From: a virus
Lineage: Duplodnaviria; Heunggongvirae; Uroviricota; Caudoviricetes
DNA: 64,000 bases
Virus record (IMG/VR): IMGVR_UViG_3300013902_000006
Direction: 5' to 3' (one strand)
This document shows positions 1 to 10,027 of this stretch, one piece after another (position 1 is the stretch's first letter; each line of letters begins with the position of its first letter). Made by a program: the position numbers and the translations under genes. Under the pieces are notes generated by a model. The model saw only the letters and a list, made by a program, of their open reading frames with translations, was not told the origin of the DNA and did not search any database.

Positions 1-4
1 TTAT

Positions 5-2332
5 TTGATAATGATTAACGGAATAACATATTTCAGAAAAAATTCTCCTTATAGTGGAGACGTTACGAAAAATTGTGCCCTTGACGGTATCGAGGTGGAC
101 AATAATTTCTTTGTCCTTGAAGGTCGTGACATAAAATCACTAAGAATCGAAGATAGTGACATTGTCATTGAATTGCTAAACGGTGATATTATGCGTTCTG
201 CTGATGCACTAAAGGGTATTACAGATTTGCAACAAACCTCAATATCAGACATTGTGTTTGACAAAGAAAATGGAATATTGAAATTCACGAGGAACGGAGA
301 ACAAATAGCGATTACAGGTTTTGCTACTGAAATGAATACAGGTGTTACAGTATCAGTTGACGATAGTCTTAAAGGTAATGGGCTTGCAGCCAATCCTGTA
401 TCAATTTCGCCCATGTTTAAAACAGGACAGTATAGACCAGTCAAAAGACTTATATCCGTGGCTGATGGTGAGAAAATGCCAAATTGCAGCGTTTCTGTTG
501 TCGGTGATAGATACCTTACTAAAGAAAATGTAAGTACCTACGGAATGTTATACAATTACAAGGCAGTCAAAAAGATTGCATGTAATTTGCGTGACGCAAA
601 TTCTCCTTGGAGAATACCGACAAAAGAAGATTGGGATGATATGCTTAACGCTGTCGAACCTTGTCCAAGTGATAGAGAACACAGTTCTGCATCTGCCAAC
701 AGATATCTTGGAGAATACGCAGGAAAACTATTAAAATCAAAGGATTTATGGTTACATTCAGATGTGACTGACGGTTGTGGTGGAAATGGTACTTGTATTA
801 TTTATGATACTAACTGCGATGCAGTTGCCAATTCATGCGGAGATAATAATTGTGAAAATTCAGACAATGATAATTGCTGTTGTAGTTGTGATTGTGATGG
901 TATACCTACAGATGGTCTTGATGCATTCGGATTCCGTGTAGTTCCATCAGGTTATGCTGACGATGGGCAAAATTTTGTATTCTTCGGAGAAAGAGCTTAT
1001 TTCTGGACGGCAACGAATTCAAATTGCGAGAGTGTATATGTTAAACGTTTTGAGAACAACAAGAATTCTGTTTATCAAAATGTAATTGCAGGCCAAAATT
1101 ATCTTTCACTTAGATTAGTTAAGAATTATAATGGCAATAATTTCCATGAGAGTGAAAATATATTGTCGGATCAATATCCAACAGTACTAATGCCATCTGT
1201 AAAGAATGGTCATTCAATATGGACTTCCGTCAATATCTCATTAGATTGTGGAAATTGTGGTAGACGAATTGAACCAAATAACGGTTTGGAATTAACTAGT
1301 ACGACTAAATTTTATTTGAACGAATGGGATGGTAAAAATTGGCTACGAAACGAATTAAAGGATGGTGAAAGTGTTGTTATTATGAATTCACCTAATGGTC
1401 AGACAAATGATGAATATCGTTTAAGCAACGGTAAATTAATAAATGTCGGAGAATTTGTAAAAGAGACTGTAAATGGTAATATTAACCCTAAGCTTGATGA
1501 ATTAAACGCTAAATTAGAAAATGAGATAAATCGTTCCATTGCTAAGGATACATTAATTGAAGATACAATTAACAATGAATTGAAACCAAAATTGACACAG
1601 AATTCGGAAACTATCGAAACTGTCAATAATAATTTGGTTGCTTCAATAAATACGATAAACGATTCAATCAAGACCGTTAATGATAACTTGGTCGATGCCG
1701 TCAACACTATTAATGGCGGAATTGCAACTGAAATTCAGGAACGAAAGGATGCTGATGAGGAGATTAAGGCTACCGTTACAACAAACAAAGAAGTCTTAGA
1801 TCAAGAGATTGAAAGAGCTAAGTCAAAAGAGGAAGAATTGGACAAGGCAATTACAAAAGAAAAACAAGATCGTGAAACTAAAGACACTGAATTAGAAGAT
1901 AAAATTGAACAGTATATAAATACTGGCAATGATGGTTATGCTCAATTGAAAGAACGTGTCGATGCAAACGAAGCCTCAATTGATAATTTGGATAACAGAA
2001 TTGACACTACAGATTCAAACCTAAATCATACCAATCAGGTATTAACTGATTTCGGAAAAGAGACAGAAAAGGCATTTGAACAGATTAATAAGGTTATTTC
2101 TGATGGTTTCAACACTATTAATGGCGGAATTGCAACTGAAATTCAGGAACGAAAGGATGCTGACAACACAGAAAAAGATGAGAGAATCGCTTCTGATAAT
2201 AAAATTAAGGATGCAATATTAACAGATGAGGGTACTTCATTTGATACTGATAAAGGTATTTTAACTTTAAAGAGCAAGGGTGGTATAAATGACATAAAAG
2301 TTCAGTTCTCTATGAATTTTGGAGAATTCTAA
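5..2332 (+). CDS. Putative virion fibre/structural protein with a Fib_succ_major (FISUMP)-like domain and C-terminal coiled coil
   Basis: Motifs YGMLYNY..WRIPTKEDWDDML..AGKLLKS..FGFRVVPSGY..AYFWTAT..LSLRLVK match the Fibrobacter succinogenes major paralogous domain. The C-terminal half is heptad-rich (EINRSIAKD, EIERAKSKE). The track start at 5 is TTG; ATG is at 11, or the gene starts upstream of the window. Confidence 0.6.
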   Translation: MIMINGITYFRKNSPYSGDVTKNCALDGIEVDNNFFVLEGRDIKSLRIEDSDIVIELLNGDIMRSADALKGITDLQQTSISDIVFDKENGILKFTRNGEQIAITGFATEMNTGVTVSVDDSLKGNGLAANPVSISPMFKTGQYRPVKRLISVADGEKMPNCSVSVVGDRYLTKENVSTYGMLYNYKAVKKIACNLRDANSPWRIPTKEDWDDMLNAVEPCPSDREHSSASANRYLGEYAGKLLKSKDLWLHSDVTDGCGGNGTCIIYDTNCDAVANSCGDNNCENSDNDNCCCSCDCDGIPTDGLDAFGFRVVPSGYADDGQNFVFFGERAYFWTATNSNCESVYVKRFENNKNSVYQNVIAGQNYLSLRLVKNYNGNNFHESENILSDQYPTVLMPSVKNGHSIWTSVNISLDCGNCGRRIEPNNGLELTSTTKFYLNEWDGKNWLRNELKDGESVVIMNSPNGQTNDEYRLSNGKLINVGEFVKETVNGNINPKLDELNAKLENEINRSIAKDTLIEDTINNELKPKLTQNSETIETVNNNLVASINTINDSIKTVNDNLVDAVNTINGGIATEIQERKDADEEIKATVTTNKEVLDQEIERAKSKEEELDKAITKEKQDRETKDTELEDKIEQYINTGNDGYAQLKERVDANEASIDNLDNRIDTTDSNLNHTNQVLTDFGKETEKAFEQINKVISDGFNTINGGIATEIQERKDADNTEKDERIASDNKIKDAILTDEGTSFDTDKGILTLKSKGGINDIKVQFSMNFGEF
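1701..2163 (+). repeat. Perfect 55-bp in-frame direct repeat (1701-1755 and 2109-2163)
   Basis: tcaacactattaatggcggaattgcaactgaaattcaggaacgaaaggatgctga occurs twice, 408 bp apart, encoding NTINGGIATEIQERKDAD. Confidence 0.95.
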
Positions 2333-2344
2333 TAATATTTATTA

Positions 2345-5300
2345 ATGCGTAATATAAAAGATATGAAAAATAAAGAATATAGTCTTCAACTTTTAACACA
2401 TAAAAGCGAGATTTTTGCAACCCGTGAGGATGCAATTGAATATTTCAATGAAAATTTTAGACCGAATTCACTGATTGGAGAACCAGCATTGGCCTTTTAC
2501 GGAGACCAAAAATCTCCGAATGCCATTATCGCCATTGGCACGTCTGACAGGAAGATATTCTGCATTGACGCTAATGACTTAGATGAAAGAATTTCGGCAA
2601 TCTCTAATAGTTCGACGACGGAAAAGGAGAATATTTCAAATGCACTTGCGTCAATAAACGAGATAGTCAAGGCTTGCGGATTCGTCGTCGATGAAAACAA
2701 GATAAAGGACAAAATTACTTATACACCCGATCCAAAAGATAAAGTTATCGGAAACGCTGTATCATTATCTGATGCTGTTACAAGTCTTTCAGACTTCATT
2801 CAGCAAGGCTTCAGTGACAACGGTATTAAAGTAGAGGACACGAAATCAATCACATTGACTTATTCAGATAGTGCAGATGGGAAAAAAGTACTGAAAGCCA
2901 ACGTTAAATTGTCCGCAAGCGGCGATTCTGACAACGTTGATTTTAACAACAACATCATCTGTCAGAAAGAAGACGGACTATACGCAGCTTCTAACCTTGA
3001 ATATGACGCAGACAAAAATGAACTCACATTCACCGCAAGCGGAATTAAAGATGGTAAGTTTCGTGACGACGCATATCGCAAGGTTATCAGCCTTGGCAAA
3101 CATACTGAATATGTAGCAGATAATATCGCACATAGCATCGATGTTAAGATTGACTCTGAGAAGCAATCCATCTCAGCCGATGCGAAGTTATCTGAAGATG
3201 CCAATAACATATTGGGACTGCAAGACGGTAAACTATTCGTTGATGGTCGTGCATCCAACATAAAATATGAAGGCAAGACAGTATATAAAAGTATTAAGGA
3301 ACTTGAAGCCAAGTCAGATACTGTGGAAAAATCCGTAAATGACATAAAAGCGGATATTGATGACTTTAAGAAGAACAGCAAGATACATGGTGACACAACT
3401 GATACCGTTGTCGTTACGGCGACTGAGGAAGATACGGGGGGATATCACGTGTCGGCAGGTTTGCGTCTTGGAAGTGATAGAACCATCATCGTGAAAAACG
3501 GAGGCATTGAGGCCGATGTTGAGCTTTCGGCTAACGCCAAGGAAGGTACTCTTTTATTACGTTGCGGTAATCTGACCAAGGTAATTACATTGCCGAATGT
3601 TGATATTGTAGAGGATGCTCACTATGATTCTACGACCAAGAAGCTTGTCATAATATTTAAGAATGATTCACGTGTTGAGATAGACATGCAAGCACTCGTT
3701 AAAGAATTTACATTTGTCGAGACAGGTCCGGTAAGTCTCATTGAGTCTCCTAATGACAGCAACGGTAATAAGGTCAAGGCTGAACTTAAACTCTCTTCTA
3801 ACGACAACATGCTGTCTGTCGTCAATAACGAGTTAGTTGCGCCAAAGTCAATAGTAACAGATGCAGTAAAGGCTGAGTCCGACCGTGCTCTTGCTGTAGA
3901 GAAAACATTGACTGACGGCCTTTCTGCTGCTAACAAAGCAATACATGACGAGACAGACAGGGCAACGGCAGCAGAAAGCACTCTTTCAGTTAAGTTGGAT
4001 AACAACATAGCGACTACGACCGCCATTAATTCTGACGTTACAACGTTAAAGACTGAAGTTGTGAACATGAAGGCACAAGACGTTGCTTTAGCTACTGCAT
4101 TGACTACAGAACAGACACGTGCCACTAATGAGGAACAACGTATCGAAAGCTTAGTCAACTCCCACTATAATGAGGCAAATGCACTTCATGACGAAATAAA
4201 GACCAATGTCAAAGATTTGACCAATAAGGTCAATGAAACAAAGCTTGATGTCACCAACGCAAATAATGCGATAGGAAACGAAGCAAGCGAAAGAACAAGG
4301 CAGGATGACATAATAAAGGCGGATGTTGCCGATTTATCCGCCGATATTGCTACGCTTAACGCAAGCGAGGACACACCCTATTCTGTAAGACATATAGTTA
4401 AGACAGAATACACTGACAATCTAACCCAACTGATAGGTAACGAGACTGACCGTGCAACGCAGAAAGAAAACGAACTTGCCGATAAGATAGAAAAGTTCAG
4501 TGCTGAGACTAATGGCAGTCTTGCTGACGCTCTTTCCGAAGCCAAGACGTACACCAATAATGAAGTCGGAAAACTCAGCACGTCTGTGAATACGAATTTG
4601 GAAAAAGCAAAGGTTGAGGTATCTAAGGCTTTATCAGATGACGCTACAGCAAAGACAACTGCGGCTCTTTCCGAAGCCAAGTCATATACCGATGCAGCAA
4701 CCGCAACACTGACTGCCAAGGACACTGAGATTGACAGCAAGATTGCTGAGCTTGTCCAAAAGGACAAAGATACGGATATCGTGTTGTCAACCAAGATAGG
4801 CGAAGTTACTGTTGTCAAAAATAGTCAAAGTGACTTGCAATATACATTGATGGTAGACGGCAAGCCTTCAGGTGAGATAAACATACCTCAAGACCAATTC
4901 GTTGACAGTGTTAACTATGATGAAACAAATAAACACATCACTTTCGTATTCATCACCAAGACAGGCAATAAGACTGTTGAAATCGACATTTCAGACTTGG
5001 TTGACAACTATGTCAACGGAGATGGCATATCATTAGATGGAAATAAATTCTCATTGAAGATTGATCCTTCTTCTGAAAGCTATCTTACCGTAAGTGAAAA
5101 CGGTGTTAAGCTTTCGGGAATCAATGATGCTTTAAACGTGAAAGCAAATGTTGGTGATTCATATACAAAGACTGAATCTGACAGCCGATACCTGACTGAG
5201 CATCAAGATATCTCAAGTCTTGCGACTAAGATGGAGCTGAATGTAGTTACGGACAATGTGAATCGGTTAGACGAAAAAGTTAATGAGAACATTTCAGCAA

Positions 5301-6841
5301 TTGATATAATCAACGGAAATTATGCACAGGAAGGGTCAATCGCCAAGGCTTTGGTAGATGCCAACAGATACACCGACAAAAAGATGGAAGATGAAGCTGT
5401 CATTGCACGTGCCGCAGAGAAGGCGAACGCAGACGCAATAGCTATCATCAACGGTAACGAAGCACAAGAAGGCTCAGTGGCAAATGCGATAAAGACATCA
5501 AAAGACTACATCGATTCTGAGATAAAAACAGTGGAGACTTCCATAGAAACTACCAAGAACGAACTGAAAGGTCAGATAGACAAGAAGGCCAACGCCGACA
5601 ATGTTTACACCAAGGTGGAAATCGACACCAAAGGCTTCCTTACGCAGTCGAATATTGACAGTCTTGCCGCCAAAACGGAAGTTGAACAAGAAGCCATACG
5701 GGCGAAAGCCTCAGAGAAGGCGAACGCAGACGCAATAGCATCACTTAATGGGCAAGTGGCATCCAACGCAACTGACATACAGTTGCTTAAGAATGAATCC
5801 ACAAGGCTTAGCCTGACTGCCACGGAAAGCAATTCAGTAAAGACAACTGTAAGCAAGTCCGATACAGGCACTACCATAAATGCAGATGTCAAGCTTAATC
5901 TCTCAGGTCAAAACATACTGAAATTGGACGGTAATGGCTTGTATGCCAACGTTGAACTCACATACAACAAGGCAACAAATATATTAAGCCTTAATAATGG
6001 TATATCAACTACGGACATTCAATTATCCAAGCAGTCACTCGTGACCGCAGGGTACTATGATTCCAATACAAAAAGTATTGTATTGGTAATAGCCAAGGAC
6101 GACGGTACAAGCGAGAAAATCTCGATACCCGTAGGCGACCTCATGAACGCATGGAACGTAGAGAACAACGATAAGAACCCTATCAAGCTTGCTAAGTCAC
6201 CTGACGCTAACGGCGTAGACACCCTTACAGCAAGATTGGATATCTCTACTGAAAGTCATAATGCAATACTGAACGACAACGGTACGCTCTACGCATCTAA
6301 CGAGGCATCGAAGCTCACGGCTTTATGGGGCGGCACGGAAGTGACCATTCAAAAGGCTATCGAAGACCTTAAAACACAGACTGACAAGGTCGGAGGCATG
6401 TCTGTCGATATCGACACGTTGAAATCAGACGTACAGCAGTCGAAAACAGACATATCCAACTTACGGTCTTCTGTTGACAGTATCAACAGCAAGGTTGAAC
6501 AAAACGTTAAGGATATCGGGTCTAATAAGGGAGCAATCGACACGTTAAAAGGTCAGATCATCAACTTAAGCTCAGATGTTACCAACCTATCGAGCAGCTT
6601 TAATGAACTGTCAAACAGCTTCAAGCAGCTTTCTGATAAAGTTGATGCTCAAGAGGAAAGAGTTAGCACTCTCGAAGCTGACATGAAGAATGTTAAGAAC
6701 GACTTGCTTGCTATAGGAACTAAAGTCAATAACATTCAGAATCAACTCGGTACACCTGAGGAAGAACAGTCAAGTGTGTATGACAGACTTAAAAATATCG
6801 AAAAAGCCTTGAGCGATTTGATTGATTTTGGAAAATACTAA
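2345..6841 (+). CDS. Long tail-fibre-like protein (1498 aa) with alternating beta-rich and coiled-coil segments
   Basis: Recurrent E-x-x-RA-x-x-x-E-x-x-L heptads and repeated short beta modules. The module GDGISLDGNKFSLKIDPSSESYLTVSENGVKLSG is shared with the 502-aa ORF. Lies in a cluster of similar genes. Confidence 0.6.
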   Translation: MRNIKDMKNKEYSLQLLTHKSEIFATREDAIEYFNENFRPNSLIGEPALAFYGDQKSPNAIIAIGTSDRKIFCIDANDLDERISAISNSSTTEKENISNALASINEIVKACGFVVDENKIKDKITYTPDPKDKVIGNAVSLSDAVTSLSDFIQQGFSDNGIKVEDTKSITLTYSDSADGKKVLKANVKLSASGDSDNVDFNNNIICQKEDGLYAASNLEYDADKNELTFTASGIKDGKFRDDAYRKVISLGKHTEYVADNIAHSIDVKIDSEKQSISADAKLSEDANNILGLQDGKLFVDGRASNIKYEGKTVYKSIKELEAKSDTVEKSVNDIKADIDDFKKNSKIHGDTTDTVVVTATEEDTGGYHVSAGLRLGSDRTIIVKNGGIEADVELSANAKEGTLLLRCGNLTKVITLPNVDIVEDAHYDSTTKKLVIIFKNDSRVEIDMQALVKEFTFVETGPVSLIESPNDSNGNKVKAELKLSSNDNMLSVVNNELVAPKSIVTDAVKAESDRALAVEKTLTDGLSAANKAIHDETDRATAAESTLSVKLDNNIATTTAINSDVTTLKTEVVNMKAQDVALATALTTEQTRATNEEQRIESLVNSHYNEANALHDEIKTNVKDLTNKVNETKLDVTNANNAIGNEASERTRQDDIIKADVADLSADIATLNASEDTPYSVRHIVKTEYTDNLTQLIGNETDRATQKENELADKIEKFSAETNGSLADALSEAKTYTNNEVGKLSTSVNTNLEKAKVEVSKALSDDATAKTTAALSEAKSYTDAATATLTAKDTEIDSKIAELVQKDKDTDIVLSTKIGEVTVVKNSQSDLQYTLMVDGKPSGEINIPQDQFVDSVNYDETNKHITFVFITKTGNKTVEIDISDLVDNYVNGDGISLDGNKFSLKIDPSSESYLTVSENGVKLSGINDALNVKANVGDSYTKTESDSRYLTEHQDISSLATKMELNVVTDNVNRLDEKVNENISAIDIINGNYAQEGSIAKALVDANRYTDKKMEDEAVIARAAEKANADAIAIINGNEAQEGSVANAIKTSKDYIDSEIKTVETSIETTKNELKGQIDKKANADNVYTKVEIDTKGFLTQSNIDSLAAKTEVEQEAIRAKASEKANADAIASLNGQVASNATDIQLLKNESTRLSLTATESNSVKTTVSKSDTGTTINADVKLNLSGQNILKLDGNGLYANVELTYNKATNILSLNNGISTTDIQLSKQSLVTAGYYDSNTKSIVLVIAKDDGTSEKISIPVGDLMNAWNVENNDKNPIKLAKSPDANGVDTLTARLDISTESHNAILNDNGTLYASNEASKLTALWGGTEVTIQKAIEDLKTQTDKVGGMSVDIDTLKSDVQQSKTDISNLRSSVDSINSKVEQNVKDIGSNKGAIDTLKGQIINLSSDVTNLSSSFNELSNSFKQLSDKVDAQEERVSTLEADMKNVKNDLLAIGTKVNNIQNQLGTPEEEQSSVYDRLKNIEKALSDLIDFGKY

Positions 6842-6843
6842 AG

Positions 6844-6851
6844 ATATTTAT
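6844..6851 (+). promoter_or_regulatory. Candidate late promoter motif ATATTTAT
   Basis: The same octamer recurs upstream of many structural genes in the window. Confidence 0.4.
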
Positions 6852-6883
6852 AATTGACGGCAATACAAACCGTCAATTATAAA
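6847..6883. terminator. Intergenic hairpin (terminator or processing site)
   Basis: 14-bp inverted repeat tttataattgacgg / ccgtcaattataaa with a 9-nt loop between two fibre genes. Confidence 0.5.
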
Positions 6884-6909
6884 GGATAATAAATTAATTA
6901 ATTAATATT

Positions 6910-8400
6910 ATGGGTATATCAGATTTTAACAAAAAAATTCTACAAATTTTAAGAAATACCGAAATGGTTGCCGACCGTGCAGCTGCTATCGCAAAGATAG
7001 AAGGTATGAAGGAAGCCAAACGTGACGGTGAACTCATAGCTTGCCGTTATACTAAAGGAGATACCGTTAAGGCAATTATCGGTGTTGTAACTAAAGTAGG
7101 TGGCAAGGATGCTATCGTTACATATTTCGAAGGCATTAATAACGGCGAAACAATTCCTGATGTCATCAAAGCCTCTCTTGACAATCTGACGACTGAAGTC
7201 AATTCCATAGAGCAAGGTGCAGGTCTTGAAGACAACGGAAGCTATAAAGCTGATGCCGCTGACAATATACTAAAGACCTCGACATCACTAAAAGATGCCG
7301 ACAGTAAGTTGTCTGATGCAATTGAGAAACTTCAGTCTAACGTTGAGATAAAGAAATATGCTAATAAGGTTAGTCAAGAATTGCAGGACGCTAACTACAC
7401 AAGTGCTCAAGCTGACGTATATAACGTACTCCACACCAATGAAGATGGTACTGACGAGAAAGTCGATGACTTCCAACTCACATATACGCCCCTCTCGCCT
7501 ATGGACTTGAAAGTTCCTGCGACAATGGGTGACATCACACAGGGTACAAAGGCAAGTGAACTGAAAGGTAAACCATTGTCTGAAATCCTTGACAGCATCA
7601 TTTTCAAGACTATCTACCCGACTGTTACCGACCCATCAGCAAGCATATCGTTCAAAGGATTCAATAACAACGGTTTGGTTGAAGTTGGTGCAACTGCACC
7701 AAAAGTGGCAGACAATTTCACAACGTCACTTTATAAGGGTAAGGTAGAGGTGAAAGACGGAGTAACCGCAACTACCGACTACGTGGGAAATGCGTCAGCA
7801 ACGACAGTCAAAATGACATATGTGCCTTATGCGGCTAACGCCAATGCCGGTACAACCTCTGACGGTAGCGCAAAAAATGACGTAACGGAATTCGATGAAA
7901 AGTTCGGTCTCGGTAAATATACATATAGGGTTACTATTGACTACGTGCAAGGTTCTGTAATGAGGACATCAAAGGGCGCAACACCTAATCCAATGCCAAC
8001 AACCAATAAGGGTAATGTTGCCAATCCTCATGCGGCCGGAAACGTTACAAGTGGCATAGTCACTTTGAACGCCACGCTGCCTATATTCGCTACGACTAAC
8101 ACTACTACCAATACCTCAAAGCAGGGTCTTATCGCTTGGGGGGCAATGACATTCGCACCTTCTGCAAAATGGCCTGCGACTACAGCCTCTGCGCCGCTCG
8201 TAATTGAGACTCCAAGAAAGATAAACACTTTCTACGCATACAATGAAGTTTCAGGCAAGTTTGACGTTAACGTTAAAAGTAGTCTGTCCTCACCGGTCGA
8301 GATAAACAAGACTTTCGGTGACAAACAGTATAAATATTTCCAATATAAATGGGTCGGCGGAGCTGCTGATTCAAAGAGATATCAGGTAGTTACATTCTAA
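6910..8400 (+). CDS. Putative virion fibre/structural protein (496 aa)
   Basis: Long ORF with a Thr/Ala-rich, beta-rich C-terminus in the fibre cluster; no enzyme motif recognised. Confidence 0.5.
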   Translation: MGISDFNKKILQILRNTEMVADRAAAIAKIEGMKEAKRDGELIACRYTKGDTVKAIIGVVTKVGGKDAIVTYFEGINNGETIPDVIKASLDNLTTEVNSIEQGAGLEDNGSYKADAADNILKTSTSLKDADSKLSDAIEKLQSNVEIKKYANKVSQELQDANYTSAQADVYNVLHTNEDGTDEKVDDFQLTYTPLSPMDLKVPATMGDITQGTKASELKGKPLSEILDSIIFKTIYPTVTDPSASISFKGFNNNGLVEVGATAPKVADNFTTSLYKGKVEVKDGVTATTDYVGNASATTVKMTYVPYAANANAGTTSDGSAKNDVTEFDEKFGLGKYTYRVTIDYVQGSVMRTSKGATPNPMPTTNKGNVANPHAAGNVTSGIVTLNATLPIFATTNTTTNTSKQGLIAWGAMTFAPSAKWPATTASAPLVIETPRKINTFYAYNEVSGKFDVNVKSSLSSPVEINKTFGDKQYKYFQYKWVGGAADSKRYQVVTF

Positions 8401-8431
8401 ATAAACAATTTAAACGAAAGAAATTTATAGC

Positions 8432-9940
8432 ATGGCTAGTATAAAATTTACAAATCCGATTGCTCTCCCGGCTCCTTTTAAAGCCGGTTCTTGTGACCCT
8501 GTCGATCCAAGACAAGTAGTTGAGACCAAAGATGACATGGTTAAGAACTGTGCTGATACATTCGGTACTGTCGGAGATTATTGCCTTATTGCACTTGGAC
8601 TGCATGTGTATGTTGAGACAGAAAAAGCCGAATACATGTATGTAGGCCCTTATTCAAAAGGAAATGGTATTCTCACCACTGAAGCACAAAAAGAATCTAA
8701 TTGGCGTAAAGTTTCTGACGCTAATTCATCAGCCGACCACGTAACAGACAAACTGCAAGACTTACAAAGCCAAATCGGTACAGGCTTCGACGAGACTAAT
8801 ACAGTCAAAAAAGCCATCGAGGACGAGAAAGCCGCAAGAAAAACTGCGATAGAAGCATTAGACAAGGAGGATGTTGCCGTAAAGGGTCAGTTCGTTGATT
8901 CAGTCAGCGAGACCGACGGAGTTATTACCGTCAGCCGTAAGTCCATTACTTCAAATGACAAGTCAGTAACTCTGAATACCAATAACGGAGTTGACGTAAG
9001 TGTGAACATCGACGGCACTACCATCGTACGCAACGAAAACTCGGGTAAGCTAAGCGTAGCAAGCGAAGCGATAGTACAATATGTCGGCGCAGAGTCAGTT
9101 AAGGTCTCGGACGTTAACAAGGAAACCAATACAAAGACAATCTCACTCGCGATCGATAATGACGATGTACTGTCACAGTCTGATAAAGGCATAAAATCGT
9201 CTATAAAACTCGTTGAGCTTACTGCCGACGAACTTAAAGCCCTAGGTGAGACAAACGTCAAGACTGCATATAAATTGGTTGGTAAAGATGGTACTACAGC
9301 AAAGGGCGCACTTGTCAAGATAAACAAAGACCAGACTCTGAAGAGTGTTAAATATGAAAATCAGATACTTACTTTCACATACACACTTGCAGATGGCACT
9401 GACAGTGTAGTGGAAGTTAGCATGTCTGACCTTATCCAAGAAAAAGAAATGGGTGATGGTATAGAATTGGTCGATCACAAGGTTACTGCCAAGATTGATG
9501 CCAAAAGCGAGAATTACTTGACTGTAAGTGCAGACGGTCTTAAAGTAAGTGGTGTCGATGATGCAATAGATGCTGAGACAGAACGTGCCAAGGGTGTCGA
9601 GGGAGAACTTACCGCATCAGTTAACACAGTCGAGGCAAGCGTAGGCTTGGCTGAAAATGGCGACCACGTTACAACAAAGGGCAATTACACAAATCAGGCT
9701 ACGACTGTCGTTGGTGAGATTGCCGCACTTGACGCACAGGTTAAGAAGAACTCTGACGCTATTGCCAAGAACCACGTCGAGGCTGCTGACGAAAGTGTCG
9801 TAGTCGATAACTCTGCCACAAACAAGACTACCATAAAGGTACAGTTCGCCGCTGCCAAAGAAGGAAACGCAAATGACTTGTTCACCATTGAAAGCGGAGG
9901 CATCACAATGTCTAATGTTTGGGACTGCGGAACATATTAA
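8432..9940 (+). CDS. Putative tail-fibre-like protein (502 aa)
   Basis: Shares GDGIELVDHKVTAKIDAKSENYLTVSADGLKVSG and AETERAKGVEGEL modules with the 1498-aa ORF. Confidence 0.55.
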   Translation: MASIKFTNPIALPAPFKAGSCDPVDPRQVVETKDDMVKNCADTFGTVGDYCLIALGLHVYVETEKAEYMYVGPYSKGNGILTTEAQKESNWRKVSDANSSADHVTDKLQDLQSQIGTGFDETNTVKKAIEDEKAARKTAIEALDKEDVAVKGQFVDSVSETDGVITVSRKSITSNDKSVTLNTNNGVDVSVNIDGTTIVRNENSGKLSVASEAIVQYVGAESVKVSDVNKETNTKTISLAIDNDDVLSQSDKGIKSSIKLVELTADELKALGETNVKTAYKLVGKDGTTAKGALVKINKDQTLKSVKYENQILTFTYTLADGTDSVVEVSMSDLIQEKEMGDGIELVDHKVTAKIDAKSENYLTVSADGLKVSGVDDAIDAETERAKGVEGELTASVNTVEASVGLAENGDHVTTKGNYTNQATTVVGEIAALDAQVKKNSDAIAKNHVEAADESVVVDNSATNKTTIKVQFAAAKEGNANDLFTIESGGITMSNVWDCGTY

Positions 9941-9979
9941 TTGAAAACAACAACAAAAACAAAACGGACATAGTTGCTA

Positions 9980-10022
9980 AGAACCTCGTACAGGATGTTT
10001 TCCCGTACGGGGTTCTGTTTTT
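9980..10022 (+). terminator. Intrinsic terminator between the convergent fibre and polymerase genes
   Basis: Stem agaacctcgtac-a-gga / tcc-c-gtacggggttct (one mismatch, one G-U) with a 5-nt loop, followed by gttttt. Confidence 0.8.
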
Positions 10023-10027
10023 CTTGT

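Noticed and set aside
980-1140. Diversity-generating retroelement target in the FISUMP-like domain
   Set aside because: No reverse transcriptase gene and no near-copy differing at adenines was seen in the window. Sequence upstream of position 1 cannot be assessed.
49-9906. Numerous antisense ORFs in the fibre genes (and similar shadows elsewhere in the track)
   Set aside because: They are Ser/Leu/Phe-rich mirror translations of the sense genes with no motifs or expression signals.
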